Positions 9,545 through 19,100 of a DNA stretch of 36,681 bases are shown one piece after another (the stretch's first letter is position 1; each line of letters starts with the position of its first letter). Origin of the DNA: Eubacteriales bacterium (GTDB taxonomy: Bacteria > Bacillota > Clostridia > Oscillospirales > CAG-382); the NCBI GenBank assembly GCA_045652185.1, contig JAZRTU010000133.1:1-36681 (forward strand), given 5' to 3'. The translations under genes were made by a program, and so were the position numbers. The notes beneath the pieces were generated by a model that saw only the letters and a program-made list of their open reading frames with translations, did no database searches and was not told the DNA's origin.

Positions 9545-10573
9545 ATGTTTGATCTCAAAAGCGCAAACGTTGAAGAACTTGAACAGTTTGCCATCTCTAT
9601 CGGTGAAAAAGCGTTTCGAGGACGCCAGATATTTTCGTTTCTCGCGGCGGGAAAGTCGATAGAGGAGATGACGAGCCTTTCTCTTCAATTGCGACAAAAG
9701 CTTCGCGAGACGGCACAAGATACCGTAGCTACCGTTGTACGAAAGCAAGTCAGCGCATCGGACGGCACGATAAAGTATCTCTATCGTTTCGGCGACGGTG
9801 AGCTCGTTGAGAGTGTGCTTCTTCGTTATAAGCACGGGAACAGTATCTGTATTTCGACACAAGCGGGGTGTAAAATGGGTTGTTCGTTTTGCGCGTCAAC
9901 GATAAACGGTTTTCGCCGCAACTTGACGGCAGGCGAAATACTCGAGCAGGTAATTCGAACACAGTATGATTCGGGACAAAAAATTTCAAACATCGTGTTG
10001 ATGGGCATCGGTGAACCGCTTGATAACTTTGATAATGTAGTTAAATTTCTAAAGCTCGTCAATGACGAACGCGGAATGAACATTGGGATGCGACACATAT
10101 CGCTCTCGACTTGCGGACTTGTTGACAGAATATATGATCTTGCTTCTCTCGGGTTGCAAGTAACACTTTCGGTATCGTTGCACGCAACAAACCAAAAAAT
10201 GCGTGAATCAATAATGCCGATAGCGAAAAAATATGATTTTGAAACGTTGATGAAAGCGTGCGTTGATTATGAAAAAGCGACGAAGCGAAGAATATCGTTT
10301 GAATATTCGATGATCGACGGCGTGAATGATACAGCCGAAGCGGCTCACGAGCTCGGAAACGCGCTCAAAGGCTCGCTTGCTCACGTTAATCTTATTCCGC
10401 TTAATCACGTTGATGAGAAAAGCTATAAAAAAAGCAAACGACAAAATATCGAGAATTTCAAAAACATTCTCGAAAAATATAAATTGAGCGTAACGGTACG
10501 CCGTTCGCTCGGAAACGATATTGAAGCCTCGTGCGGACAGCTCAGAGCAAAAAGCATGAAGGAAGAGAAATAG
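9545..10573 (+). CDS. rlmN: 23S rRNA/tRNA (adenine2503-C2)-methyltransferase RlmN (radical SAM)
   Basis: CKMGCSFCAS radical-SAM cluster motif, GIGEPLDN, and a C-terminal CGQL motif. Confidence 0.95.
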   Translation: MFDLKSANVEELEQFAISIGEKAFRGRQIFSFLAAGKSIEEMTSLSLQLRQKLRETAQDTVATVVRKQVSASDGTIKYLYRFGDGELVESVLLRYKHGNSICISTQAGCKMGCSFCASTINGFRRNLTAGEILEQVIRTQYDSGQKISNIVLMGIGEPLDNFDNVVKFLKLVNDERGMNIGMRHISLSTCGLVDRIYDLASLGLQVTLSVSLHATNQKMRESIMPIAKKYDFETLMKACVDYEKATKRRISFEYSMIDGVNDTAEAAHELGNALKGSLAHVNLIPLNHVDEKSYKKSKRQNIENFKNILEKYKLSVTVRRSLGNDIEASCGQLRAKSMKEEK

Positions 10574-10585
10574 GGAGGATACCGT

Positions 10586-11332
10586 ATGGATTGCTTCGGG
10601 AAAACAGATATAGGCAGACGTCGCAAGAATAATCAAGATACTTTTCGTATATTGAAGCGCGACGATCTCATCGTTGCGGTCGTGTGCGACGGAATGGGCG
10701 GCGCGGCAGGCGGCGGAGTTGCAAGTAATCTTGCTGCTGACGGGTTTATATCGAGCATAAAGGTTTTGCTTGACACGGTAGAGCTTGATGAGCTCGACGA
10801 CAACCAGCGCGTCGATTTGTTGGTCAGAGCGGGTAACGATGCTAATATTGTCGTATATAAAGATGCAAACGAATATGCAGATCTTGAGGGAATGGGCACA
10901 ACGCTCGTGGCGTGCATGGTGTATGACGAAAAAATATACATAGTCAACGCAGGTGACAGTCGTTTGTATGTTTCGAAGGGCAGAGGAAACGGTGCCAAGC
11001 TTTTTCAGATAACAAAGGACCATTCGCTCGTTCAAGAATTGTTCGAGCAGGGTAAAATAACAGCAAAAGAGGCGCAGAATCATCCTTATAAAAACTATAT
11101 CTTGCGCGCGCTTGGAATAGAGGAAACGCTCTCGTTTGATTATTTTATTGTCGATGACGGATTTGATTCCATTTTGCTTTGCAGCGATGGATTGACGAAC
11201 TTCGTCAGCGAAACGGAGCTTTTGAAAACACTTTGCGCTGTTATGAGCGCAGAGGAGAAGGTCGAGCTTCTCGTTGACCGTGCTAACGAAAACGGCGGCG
11301 GTGACAACATTACCGCGGTCGTGTTGCAATAA
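10586..11332 (+). CDS. stp: PP2C-family Ser/Thr protein phosphatase (Stp/PrpC)
   Basis: TDIGRRRKNNQD, VCDGMGG and GGGDNITAVV motifs. Located immediately upstream of the kinase. Confidence 0.9.
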   Translation: MDCFGKTDIGRRRKNNQDTFRILKRDDLIVAVVCDGMGGAAGGGVASNLAADGFISSIKVLLDTVELDELDDNQRVDLLVRAGNDANIVVYKDANEYADLEGMGTTLVACMVYDEKIYIVNAGDSRLYVSKGRGNGAKLFQITKDHSLVQELFEQGKITAKEAQNHPYKNYILRALGIEETLSFDYFIVDDGFDSILLCSDGLTNFVSETELLKTLCAVMSAEEKVELLVDRANENGGGDNITAVVLQ

Positions 11333-11358
11333 ACTGCTTTCAGTGAAAGGAAAGAAAA

Positions 11359-13446
11359 ATGGATAATTCGAGATATGAAATATTTGTCGGCAAGGTGCTT
11401 GACGGCAGATATAAAATACTTGAGCTTGTCGGTGTTGGAGGAATGGCTTTTGTTTTGAAGGCTGAAGATATGGTGATGAACAGAATCGTCGCTATAAAGA
11501 TCCTCAACGAAGAATATAACGGGGATGAACAAGCCGAACAGCGTTTTATTAACGAATCGAAAGCAGTTGCGATGCTTTCTCATAAAAATATTGTTAATAT
11601 CTATGACGTTGCGATATATCCCGATATGAAATATATCGTAATGGAATTTCTCGATGGAATAACGCTCAAGGAATACCTTAACTATAAGGGAAGACTCAAA
11701 TGGAAAGAGGCAAGCTATTATATTTGCCAAATACTGTTGGCACTTGAGCATGCGCATAGCAAAGGCGTTATCCATAGGGATATCAAACCGCAAAACATCA
11801 TTTTGCTCAAAAACGGTGAGATAAAGGTGACCGACTTCGGTATCGCAAAATTGCCGACAGGCGCACCGCTTACCATGACCGATAAAGCTATCGGAACGGT
11901 ATATTACATTTCACCCGAACAGGCAGGTGGAAAGACAACGGATTATTATTCCGATATCTATTCCGTTGGCGTAATGCTTTATGAATGCGTAACGGGAAGC
12001 CTTCCGTTCGTTGCGACGAGTCCGATCACCGTTGCTATGATGCAAATAAACGATGCGCCGCGCGATCCGTCCGAAATAGAGCCCGAATTACCGAAGGGAC
12101 TCGTTCAGATAATTCTCAAAGCGATGGAAAAGGCACCGGAAAACCGTTTCAGATCTGCTCATGGTATGCTTCGTGCAGTTGAGCAAATAGCTCAATCGCC
12201 CGATATGGTATTTGCGTTCGATGAAACGACAGAACCCGAGCAAGAGAGCGAGGCGCAAGTAGGTGACTCTGATATCGCAATCGAAAAACCATCAGAAATA
12301 ACGTATGTTTCCGAAAATATAATTGATGAAACGGCATCGAAGAAAAAGCCGTCCGATGAACTTGTACCGCCGCCGCGCAGAAGAAGACCTCCGCGTCGCC
12401 GCAAGAGAAAAGAAGAAAAAAGCGGACTTTTGTCGATAATTGCGGGTGTTACCTTTGCGTTTATACTTGTGGCGCTTGTTTCCGGCGGAATACTCGCCTA
12501 TAGAGTTATCAACCATCTCAATGCTCAGCCGAAAAATGAATATATCGAAATAACTGTTCCGACACTTGTTGGTGAGATATTCGATGAGACGTTTGAACAA
12601 GAACTGCTTGAGCAAAAGATAAGAGTTTTGAAGATCACGTATAGCTATAATGCAGAATACGGCGCAGGCGAGATCATCTCGCAATCACCGCTTCCCGATG
12701 CGATCAGAAAAATATCGCGAGAGGGCGAATATGTTGACGTAACGTTAAGTGTCAGCCTCGGTAAAGGCAGCGTTGTATTGCCTGATCTCAAGTATTACGA
12801 CAAACGCGAAGCGGAAAGCTTCTTGAAAAAATATAATATCGAAGTACAAAAGCTCTATACACAACACGATACGATCCTTGACGGTTACGTTGTAAGCACT
12901 TCTCCCGAAGCAGGAGAGGTAGTTAACGCGGGTGACGTAGTTTATCTCTATATCAGTCAAGGTCAAGAGGTCGAGATGGTTAAGGTGCCGAAGATAATGG
13001 GCTTGACACTCGAAAAGGCACAAATAGAGCTCGATAAGGTAAACCTTTCGCTCGGCGAGGTGAAATACGAAACTACCAACGAGATCCTCGACGACGGAAA
13101 AATAATATTCCAAGCTGTTTCGGAAGGACAAAAGGTTGCTGCATACTCAACGGAGATCAACGTTACCGTTGCAAGATATGAGCCTCCGGCAATATCGGAG
13201 CCCGAATCCTCAGATGAAAGCATAGGCGATATTCCCGATGAAAGTATTGACGTTGTGCCGGATGAGAGCACCGACGAGGAAAGCACTGACGTGCCTCCGT
13301 CAGACGAAAGCACTGATGCGCCCTCTGCAGATGAAAGCACTGATGTGCCTTCTGCAGATGAAAGCACCGATGCTCCGCCCACAGACGAGAGCGCCAGTGT
13401 GCCTCCGGTCGATGAAAGTGAGGAAGTGCCTAATCCATGGGGATGA
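11359..13446 (+). CDS. prkC: PASTA-domain Ser/Thr protein kinase (PrkC/Stk1) with an acidic repeat tail
   Basis: Hanks kinase motifs (GVGGMAFV, VAIK, HRDIKPQN, DFGIA). Arg-rich juxtamembrane segment plus one TM helix. About three PASTA-like modules, then a DESTDxPxx repeat tail. Confidence 0.92.
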   Translation: MDNSRYEIFVGKVLDGRYKILELVGVGGMAFVLKAEDMVMNRIVAIKILNEEYNGDEQAEQRFINESKAVAMLSHKNIVNIYDVAIYPDMKYIVMEFLDGITLKEYLNYKGRLKWKEASYYICQILLALEHAHSKGVIHRDIKPQNIILLKNGEIKVTDFGIAKLPTGAPLTMTDKAIGTVYYISPEQAGGKTTDYYSDIYSVGVMLYECVTGSLPFVATSPITVAMMQINDAPRDPSEIEPELPKGLVQIILKAMEKAPENRFRSAHGMLRAVEQIAQSPDMVFAFDETTEPEQESEAQVGDSDIAIEKPSEITYVSENIIDETASKKKPSDELVPPPRRRRPPRRRKRKEEKSGLLSIIAGVTFAFILVALVSGGILAYRVINHLNAQPKNEYIEITVPTLVGEIFDETFEQELLEQKIRVLKITYSYNAEYGAGEIISQSPLPDAIRKISREGEYVDVTLSVSLGKGSVVLPDLKYYDKREAESFLKKYNIEVQKLYTQHDTILDGYVVSTSPEAGEVVNAGDVVYLYISQGQEVEMVKVPKIMGLTLEKAQIELDKVNLSLGEVKYETTNEILDDGKIIFQAVSEGQKVAAYSTEINVTVARYEPPAISEPESSDESIGDIPDESIDVVPDESTDEESTDVPPSDESTDAPSADESTDVPSADESTDAPPTDESASVPPVDESEEVPNPWG
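13213..13437 (+). repeat. In-frame tandem 24-27-nt coding repeats (GAYGARAGY-starting units encoding DES[TI][DG]xPxx)
   Basis: Units begin at 13213, 13237, 13261, 13303, 13330, 13357, 13384 and 13411. The four units from 13303 to 13410 are each exactly 27 nt and nearly identical. Confidence 0.85.
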
Positions 13447-14333
13447 ATGACGAGCTTCAAGGAAGAATTTTAGTCGGTCAAAAAGGGCTTTATACGATCG
13501 AGACCGAAAATGGATGCATATTGTGTAAGGCGGGAAGCAAGCTGCGCAAGGATGGAATAAAGTTGTTGTGCGGTGATAAGGTGATATATCGTCTCAATGA
13601 TGACGGAAGCGGATTTATCGTCGGAATTGAGGAACGAAAAAACGATTTTATCCGTCCGCCCGTTGCAAATATGGACTTGATCGTCATCGTCGCGGCGGTA
13701 AAAAGCCCCGATCCCGATATAAAAAGCATCAATATGCTCACAGCGATCGCGCATTCAAAGGGCACGGAGGTCCTTATCGTTCTTAACAAGACGGACCTCG
13801 ATGATCCGACGGAGTTGAAAACGATATTCGAGAAATGCGGATATACCGTTATTTGCACGAATGCGGTCAGTGGCGAGGGCGTATATGATATACATAATGA
13901 AATAAAAGGAAAGACTTGCTTTTTTGCGGGTGTTTCGGGTGTCGGCAAATCGAGCCTGCTTCACGCGTTGTTCCCCGAGATATCAACCGAAATAGGCGAT
14001 ATTTCGAAAAAAATACTTCGAGGAAAAAACACTACTCGTCATACACAGCTTTATGATGTCGGCGAAGGTACTTATCTTGCAGATTCACCGGGATTCGGTA
14101 TGCTCGATTTTTTGAATTTTGATCTTATGGACCCCGATTCACTTTGCGACTCGTTTCCGGAAATGATCGAGTATATGACACAGTGTAAATATAAAAAGTG
14201 CAGTCACACAAAGGAAGAGGGCTGTGCGGTAATAAAAGCTGTCGAGGATGGAGTTATCCCAAGGGAGCGGCACGAAGCATTTTGTGAGCTTTATCGCCTG
14301 TTGGCGTTAAAAAAAGACAGACGCTATTCTTGA
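13437..14333 (+). CDS. rsgA: Ribosome small-subunit-dependent GTPase A
   Basis: Circularly permuted GTPase order (LNKTDL before GVSGVGKSS). C-terminal zinc knuckle (C..C.H....C). Overlaps the prkC stop codon. Confidence 0.9.
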   Translation: MGMNDELQGRILVGQKGLYTIETENGCILCKAGSKLRKDGIKLLCGDKVIYRLNDDGSGFIVGIEERKNDFIRPPVANMDLIVIVAAVKSPDPDIKSINMLTAIAHSKGTEVLIVLNKTDLDDPTELKTIFEKCGYTVICTNAVSGEGVYDIHNEIKGKTCFFAGVSGVGKSSLLHALFPEISTEIGDISKKILRGKNTTRHTQLYDVGEGTYLADSPGFGMLDFLNFDLMDPDSLCDSFPEMIEYMTQCKYKKCSHTKEEGCAVIKAVEDGVIPRERHEAFCELYRLLALKKDRRYS

Positions 14334-14358
14334 CAAAATATGTGAACTGTATTATAAT
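14330..14358 (+). promoter_or_regulatory. Consensus sigma-A promoter of the lipoprotein quartet
   Basis: Perfect TTGACA (14330..14335, overlapping the rsgA stop codon), 17-nt spacer, perfect TATAAT (14353..14358). GGAGGA SD at 14421. Confidence 0.7.
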
Positions 14359-14434
14359 TGGTCTATATTAGTTGTTTTAGTGTATCGTATTTGACTTTTG
14401 CGGTACAAAACAAAATTTTTGGAGGAAAAAGCTA

Positions 14435-15952
14435 ATGAAAAAGTTATTGGCTCTTGTGTTAGCGGCATTGATGTTGCTCGCGCTCGTTTCTTGCGGAGGC
14501 GACACCAACACAAGTAAATCAGAATCTACAAACAATGTGTCTGTTGACACATCCGAGGATGTTTCCGATACTGAAGTGGTTTATAAATCGGATATCCCCG
14601 AAGGATTTGAATTTTATAAAGATGAATATGTTGTTTTGACAACAGCAACAAACCTCGATAACATCAAAACTCCCGAGTTCGGTTATAATTCCGAGGAACT
14701 CGAATCAAGCGTTTTGAACGATGCGATCGCTAACAGAAACCTCAAGGTTGAACAACTCACAGGCGTTAAGATCGTTGAGGATATCGTTGTTGACGGAAAC
14801 AGAATGCAGTCCGGCGAAATGGTTAAACACGTTCAAACACAAATTAACGGCGGAAGCGCTGATTTTGACCTCGTTTCTCCGTCTCTCTATGCAACTGCAG
14901 CTATTGCTAAACAAGGACTCTTCTATGACCTTAACAGCGTTAATAATATGCAGCTCGAAAGCGAGTGGTGGGATGCTTTCCTCGTTGAAGAAGCAGCAAT
15001 CGACGGCAAATTGTTCTTTGTAACCGGTGATATCGGAAAAGGAAGCCGTGGTTCGTTGACAGCAGTATATTTTAACAAAGAAACAGTACGCGAACTTGAT
15101 CTCGGCGATCCCTATCAGCTCGTAAGAGATAAACAATGGACTCTTGACACAGTTCTTACATGGTCGAAGAAGATATCTCAAGACCTTGATAACGACGGTG
15201 TTGTAAACTATAAAGATAAATTCGGTATGGGTGGTCAAAACGATAACGTTTGGGCATTCTTCTATGGTGCAGGCGAGAAGATCGCTTCCAAAAACGAAGT
15301 TGGCAGACCTATTATCACGATCAAAAGCGATCGTAGCACGTCTGTCGTTGACAAGATCGCTGCAATCGTAACCGAATCCGATTACTTCATTAACGCTAAT
15401 GACTTCTTTGGCGCAGAAGGCGAAGAAGCTCCTTCAGTGCTTCTTTCGAGAGCATTCTCTGAAGGCAGAAGCTTGTTCTTCTGCGAAAACCTCAACAACG
15501 TTGAGGACCTCAGAAACATGGAGTTTGAGTTTGGTATCCTCCCGACACCTCTCTATGATGAAAACCAAGACAGATATTATTCACTTCTCAACTGTTGGGT
15601 CGGCAATGCGTTCGGTATTCCCACTAACCTTACTCCCGAAGAAGCAGATCTTTCCGCTGTAGTATTCAATGCACTCGGCGCAGAAGGTAAAAATACAGTA
15701 ATGCCCGCATACGTTGAAACAACGCTCAAGGGCCAAAGACTCCGCGATGACGAGAGCGAAGAAATGCTCGACATCATCTTCGAAAACATCGGATGTGATA
15801 TCGGTCATATCTATGATTTCGGTTCAATGGGTAGCCAAGTTCTTCACCAGATCCCGAAGGGTGGAAACTTTGTGTCGCTCGTAGGTACATATGAAAATGC
15901 AGCAAATGCAGCAATTGACAGTCTTATGGATGCTTTTGCGGCAATTGAATAA
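14435..15952 (+). CDS. Lipoprotein, solute-binding-protein-like, paralog 1 of 4
   Basis: Signal peptide with lipobox LALVSCGG, then an acidic linker. A ~470-aa body aligns end to end with the next three ORFs. The SBP-like assignment is tentative. Confidence 0.6.
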   Translation: MKKLLALVLAALMLLALVSCGGDTNTSKSESTNNVSVDTSEDVSDTEVVYKSDIPEGFEFYKDEYVVLTTATNLDNIKTPEFGYNSEELESSVLNDAIANRNLKVEQLTGVKIVEDIVVDGNRMQSGEMVKHVQTQINGGSADFDLVSPSLYATAAIAKQGLFYDLNSVNNMQLESEWWDAFLVEEAAIDGKLFFVTGDIGKGSRGSLTAVYFNKETVRELDLGDPYQLVRDKQWTLDTVLTWSKKISQDLDNDGVVNYKDKFGMGGQNDNVWAFFYGAGEKIASKNEVGRPIITIKSDRSTSVVDKIAAIVTESDYFINANDFFGAEGEEAPSVLLSRAFSEGRSLFFCENLNNVEDLRNMEFEFGILPTPLYDENQDRYYSLLNCWVGNAFGIPTNLTPEEADLSAVVFNALGAEGKNTVMPAYVETTLKGQRLRDDESEEMLDIIFENIGCDIGHIYDFGSMGSQVLHQIPKGGNFVSLVGTYENAANAAIDSLMDAFAAIE

Positions 15953-15975
15953 TTATTTTGAAAGGTAAAACAGAA

Positions 15976-17499
15976 ATGAAAAAGAGTATCTCCCTTCTTT
16001 CGCTTCTCCTCGTTTTGGTAATGGCGCTCGCAATGCTCGCTTCGTGCGGCGGTGAAACGGAAACGTCAAAGCCCGAACAATCCACAACATCAACCGAAAC
16101 TTCGACCTCGGATACATCTACTGATACCGGTGACACTCTCGTTGTTCCCGACGGTTTTAGCTGGGATAAAGAAGAATTCGTTGTTTTGTCCGGCCATACA
16201 ACGTTCTCTCGTTACTATGGAGTATATAACGAGTTCGGCTACAAATCCGAAGAGCTTGAAGCAAGCGTTATCAACGATGCTGTTATCAACAGAAACCTCG
16301 CAGTAGAACAACTTCTCGGTATAAAGATCGTTGAACAAGCCGTTGATGACGACGATAGAATGACAACGGGTAATATGTATAAAAAAGTTGTTGAACAAGT
16401 AGACAGCGGCGCGGCTGAGTTCGATATGGTTGCTCCCTCTCTCTATCAAGTAGCTGCTTTGGGCGTTAACGACTATTTATATAATATGCATGAGATCCCG
16501 AACAACCAACTCGATAAGGATTGGTGGGATAAATTCTTCGTTGAAGAAGTAACGATGAACGATCGTCTTTATTTCGTAACGGGTGATATCGGCTTCTATA
16601 GTAAGGGTAGTATCACTGCAGTATATTTCAACAAAGAAACAGCGCAAAGCCTTGAGCTTGGCGACGTATATGCTATCGCAAGAGAAAAGAAATTTACATA
16701 CGACGTAATGTATACTTGGATGAAGCTTATCCAAGAGGATATCAACAGCGACAATATCATCAACTATAAAGATAAATTCGGTATGGGCGGTCAACATGAC
16801 CTCACTTGGGCGCTCTTCTATGGCGCAGGTCAGTATATCGCTCAAAAAGATGAAAACGATAACCCCTACCTCACGATCAACACTGAAAAGGCGTTGACAG
16901 TTGCAGATAAGCTTTCGGAAATCGTTATGGACGATAGCTTCGTTAACGCTAACGACTATTGGAATGACGCTCCCGACGGAAAACCCACTAATCTCCTCGT
17001 TCAAGCATTTGTTGAAGGCAGAAGCTTGATGTTTGCTGAAACACTCGGTCAAGTTGAATGGCTCAGAGATATGAACTTCGATTTCGGTATCCTCCCGACT
17101 CCTCTTTATGATGAGAACCAAGAAAGATACTACTCACTCCTCAACTGCTGGGGCGGTAACGCATTCGGTATCCCGACAAGCCTTTATGATGATGAGGCTG
17201 AAAGCGTAATGGTTATTATGAACGCTTTGGGTGCAGAAGGTAAAAACTACGTAACTCCCGCATATATCGAAACAACTCTTAAAGGCCAAAGACTCCGTGA
17301 CGACGATAGCGAAGAGATGCTCGACATCATCTTTGAAAATATCGGTTGTGACGTAGGACATATGTATAACTTCGGCAGACTCGGTTTTGATGCTATCCAC
17401 AAACTTGCGGAAGGTCAAAACTTGGCAACTCTCGTTGACTCTTTGAAGAGCAAAGCACAATCTGAAATCGATTCGTTTATTGTAAACTTCAACGACTAA
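15976..17499 (+). CDS. Lipoprotein, solute-binding-protein-like, paralog 2 of 4
   Basis: Lipobox MLASCGG. Long identical blocks with paralog 1, including YKDKFGMGGQ, FGILPTPLYDENQ.RYYSLLNCW, NALGAEGKN and ETTLKGQRLRDD.SEEMLDIIFENIGCD. ATG 15976 preferred over TTG 15958. Confidence 0.6.
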   Translation: MKKSISLLSLLLVLVMALAMLASCGGETETSKPEQSTTSTETSTSDTSTDTGDTLVVPDGFSWDKEEFVVLSGHTTFSRYYGVYNEFGYKSEELEASVINDAVINRNLAVEQLLGIKIVEQAVDDDDRMTTGNMYKKVVEQVDSGAAEFDMVAPSLYQVAALGVNDYLYNMHEIPNNQLDKDWWDKFFVEEVTMNDRLYFVTGDIGFYSKGSITAVYFNKETAQSLELGDVYAIAREKKFTYDVMYTWMKLIQEDINSDNIINYKDKFGMGGQHDLTWALFYGAGQYIAQKDENDNPYLTINTEKALTVADKLSEIVMDDSFVNANDYWNDAPDGKPTNLLVQAFVEGRSLMFAETLGQVEWLRDMNFDFGILPTPLYDENQERYYSLLNCWGGNAFGIPTSLYDDEAESVMVIMNALGAEGKNYVTPAYIETTLKGQRLRDDDSEEMLDIIFENIGCDVGHMYNFGRLGFDAIHKLAEGQNLATLVDSLKSKAQSEIDSFIVNFND

Positions 17500-17544
17500 T
17501 ATCGATTTTTCAAAAAATAAATAATAAATATTATGGAGGACAGT

Positions 17545-19080
17545 ATGAAAAGACCACTTTTTCAGTTGATGGCATTGTTGATTGTTTTAACTATGATGCT
17601 TTGCGCCCTTGGAAGCTGTACTGACGAAACCACTTCTCAAAGTGAGAGTAGCGCCAATGTTTCTGTTGAAGAATCTGTTGAAGATACTTCGAACGGAGAG
17701 ATCGTCTATAAAGCAGACCTTCCGAGTACACTTGATTTTAAAGAGGAGGAGTTTATTATACTGTCCTCCTATGGTTCTGATCCATCATCAGCGGATTACC
17801 CCTTCTTTGGCGGTAACGGCGAGTATGAAAGTAGCGTTGTAAACGATGCGGTAATGAACAGAAACCTCGCAGTCGAAGAACTTTTGAAGGTGAAGATCGT
17901 CGAGGATATGATGCAAGACTCCAACCGTTACGGCGGTGGTTCGCTTCATACAAAGGTGTCAACAGCAGTGAACTCCGACGTTGTTGAGTTTGATATGATC
18001 TCAGCAAGTCTTTATAACTGCGCAAAAATGACGTCTGCAGGTCTTTTGCAGGATTTGGTATCTATGGAGTATCTCCATGAATTGAGTGAGCCGTGGTGGA
18101 GCGAAGCATTCAACAAAGAGATAGAAATGGATGGAAGCATCTATTATACGTCCGGTGATATCAGCTTCGCTAATATCGCGGGTACATTCTGCCTTGCTTT
18201 TAATAAGACTGTTCAAAAGGATTATGATATTCCCGATCTCTATCAGCTTGTAAAGGATAAAAAATGGACCTTTGACGAGTATTTCAAACAAGGTAAGAAG
18301 ATCGGCGAAGATCTTGATAATAACGGAAGATGGAACTATAACGACAAGATCGGTATCGTTGGCCAACAAAGTATGATGTGGGCTATGATGTATGCCGGTG
18401 GCGAGCGTATCGCGCGTCCCGGTGATGATGGATATCCTGTAATTACCGTTTATACCGAGAGAAACGTTAACCTTATAAAAGATGCTATAGCAGTGTTGGG
18501 TAATAAAGAAACATTCCTCAGCGCAAACGATTACTTTAATGAATCAAATTCTCCTATGGATTTTGTTTACCAAAACTTTTTTAACAATTATTCGCTTTTC
18601 CTCGGCGGTGCTATCACGAATATTGCATCTGTGCTAAAAGATATGCCCGACGATTTTGGTGTGCTTCCTTATCCGATGTATGATGAAACACAAGATGACT
18701 ATTATTCTCTCATCAGCCCGTGGACGGGTAACGCAGTTTGTGTTCCTGCTCTCCTTACCGATGACAAGCTTGAGAAGATCGGTGCAGTAATGGAAGCAAT
18801 GGGCGCAGAGGGTAAAAACCATATTACAAAGGCTTATTTTGAAACTACACTCAAAGAGCAAAAAACTCGTGATGAAGACAGTATGGCTATGCTCGACCTC
18901 ATCAACAGAACCTCCGGATGCGATATAGGTCAAGCATATCAATGGGGCGACCTTCCTGTTCAGTTCCAACATATGGTTCGCGACAACAACAGCAACTTCG
19001 CACAAATCTATGACAGCTTGAAGTCGAGAATCGATTCCGAGCTTCAAAAGACGATCGATAGCTTGAAACAGATTAAATAA
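17545..19080 (+). CDS. Lipoprotein, solute-binding-protein-like, paralog 3 of 4
   Basis: Lipobox ALGSCTD. Shares LEYLHELSEPWW, YTSGDISF, LYQLVKDKKWT and MGAEGKN with paralog 4. GGAGGA lies directly before ATG 17545. Confidence 0.6.
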   Translation: MKRPLFQLMALLIVLTMMLCALGSCTDETTSQSESSANVSVEESVEDTSNGEIVYKADLPSTLDFKEEEFIILSSYGSDPSSADYPFFGGNGEYESSVVNDAVMNRNLAVEELLKVKIVEDMMQDSNRYGGGSLHTKVSTAVNSDVVEFDMISASLYNCAKMTSAGLLQDLVSMEYLHELSEPWWSEAFNKEIEMDGSIYYTSGDISFANIAGTFCLAFNKTVQKDYDIPDLYQLVKDKKWTFDEYFKQGKKIGEDLDNNGRWNYNDKIGIVGQQSMMWAMMYAGGERIARPGDDGYPVITVYTERNVNLIKDAIAVLGNKETFLSANDYFNESNSPMDFVYQNFFNNYSLFLGGAITNIASVLKDMPDDFGVLPYPMYDETQDDYYSLISPWTGNAVCVPALLTDDKLEKIGAVMEAMGAEGKNHITKAYFETTLKEQKTRDEDSMAMLDLINRTSGCDIGQAYQWGDLPVQFQHMVRDNNSNFAQIYDSLKSRIDSELQKTIDSLKQIK

Positions 19081-19100
19081 AAAACAAAATGGAGAAAGAA

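Noticed and set aside
10208-11329. 373-aa ORF on the minus strand
   Set aside because: It lies entirely antisense to rlmN and stp, which have unambiguous catalytic motifs. It has no SD and its composition is low-complexity and hydrophobic. This looks like a codon-usage artefact.
13213-13437. Regular 27-nt repeats considered as a possible CRISPR-like or minisatellite element
   Set aside because: The units are contiguous with no spacers, lie in frame inside prkC, and encode a coherent DESTDxPxx peptide repeat. This is a coding tandem repeat, not a CRISPR array.
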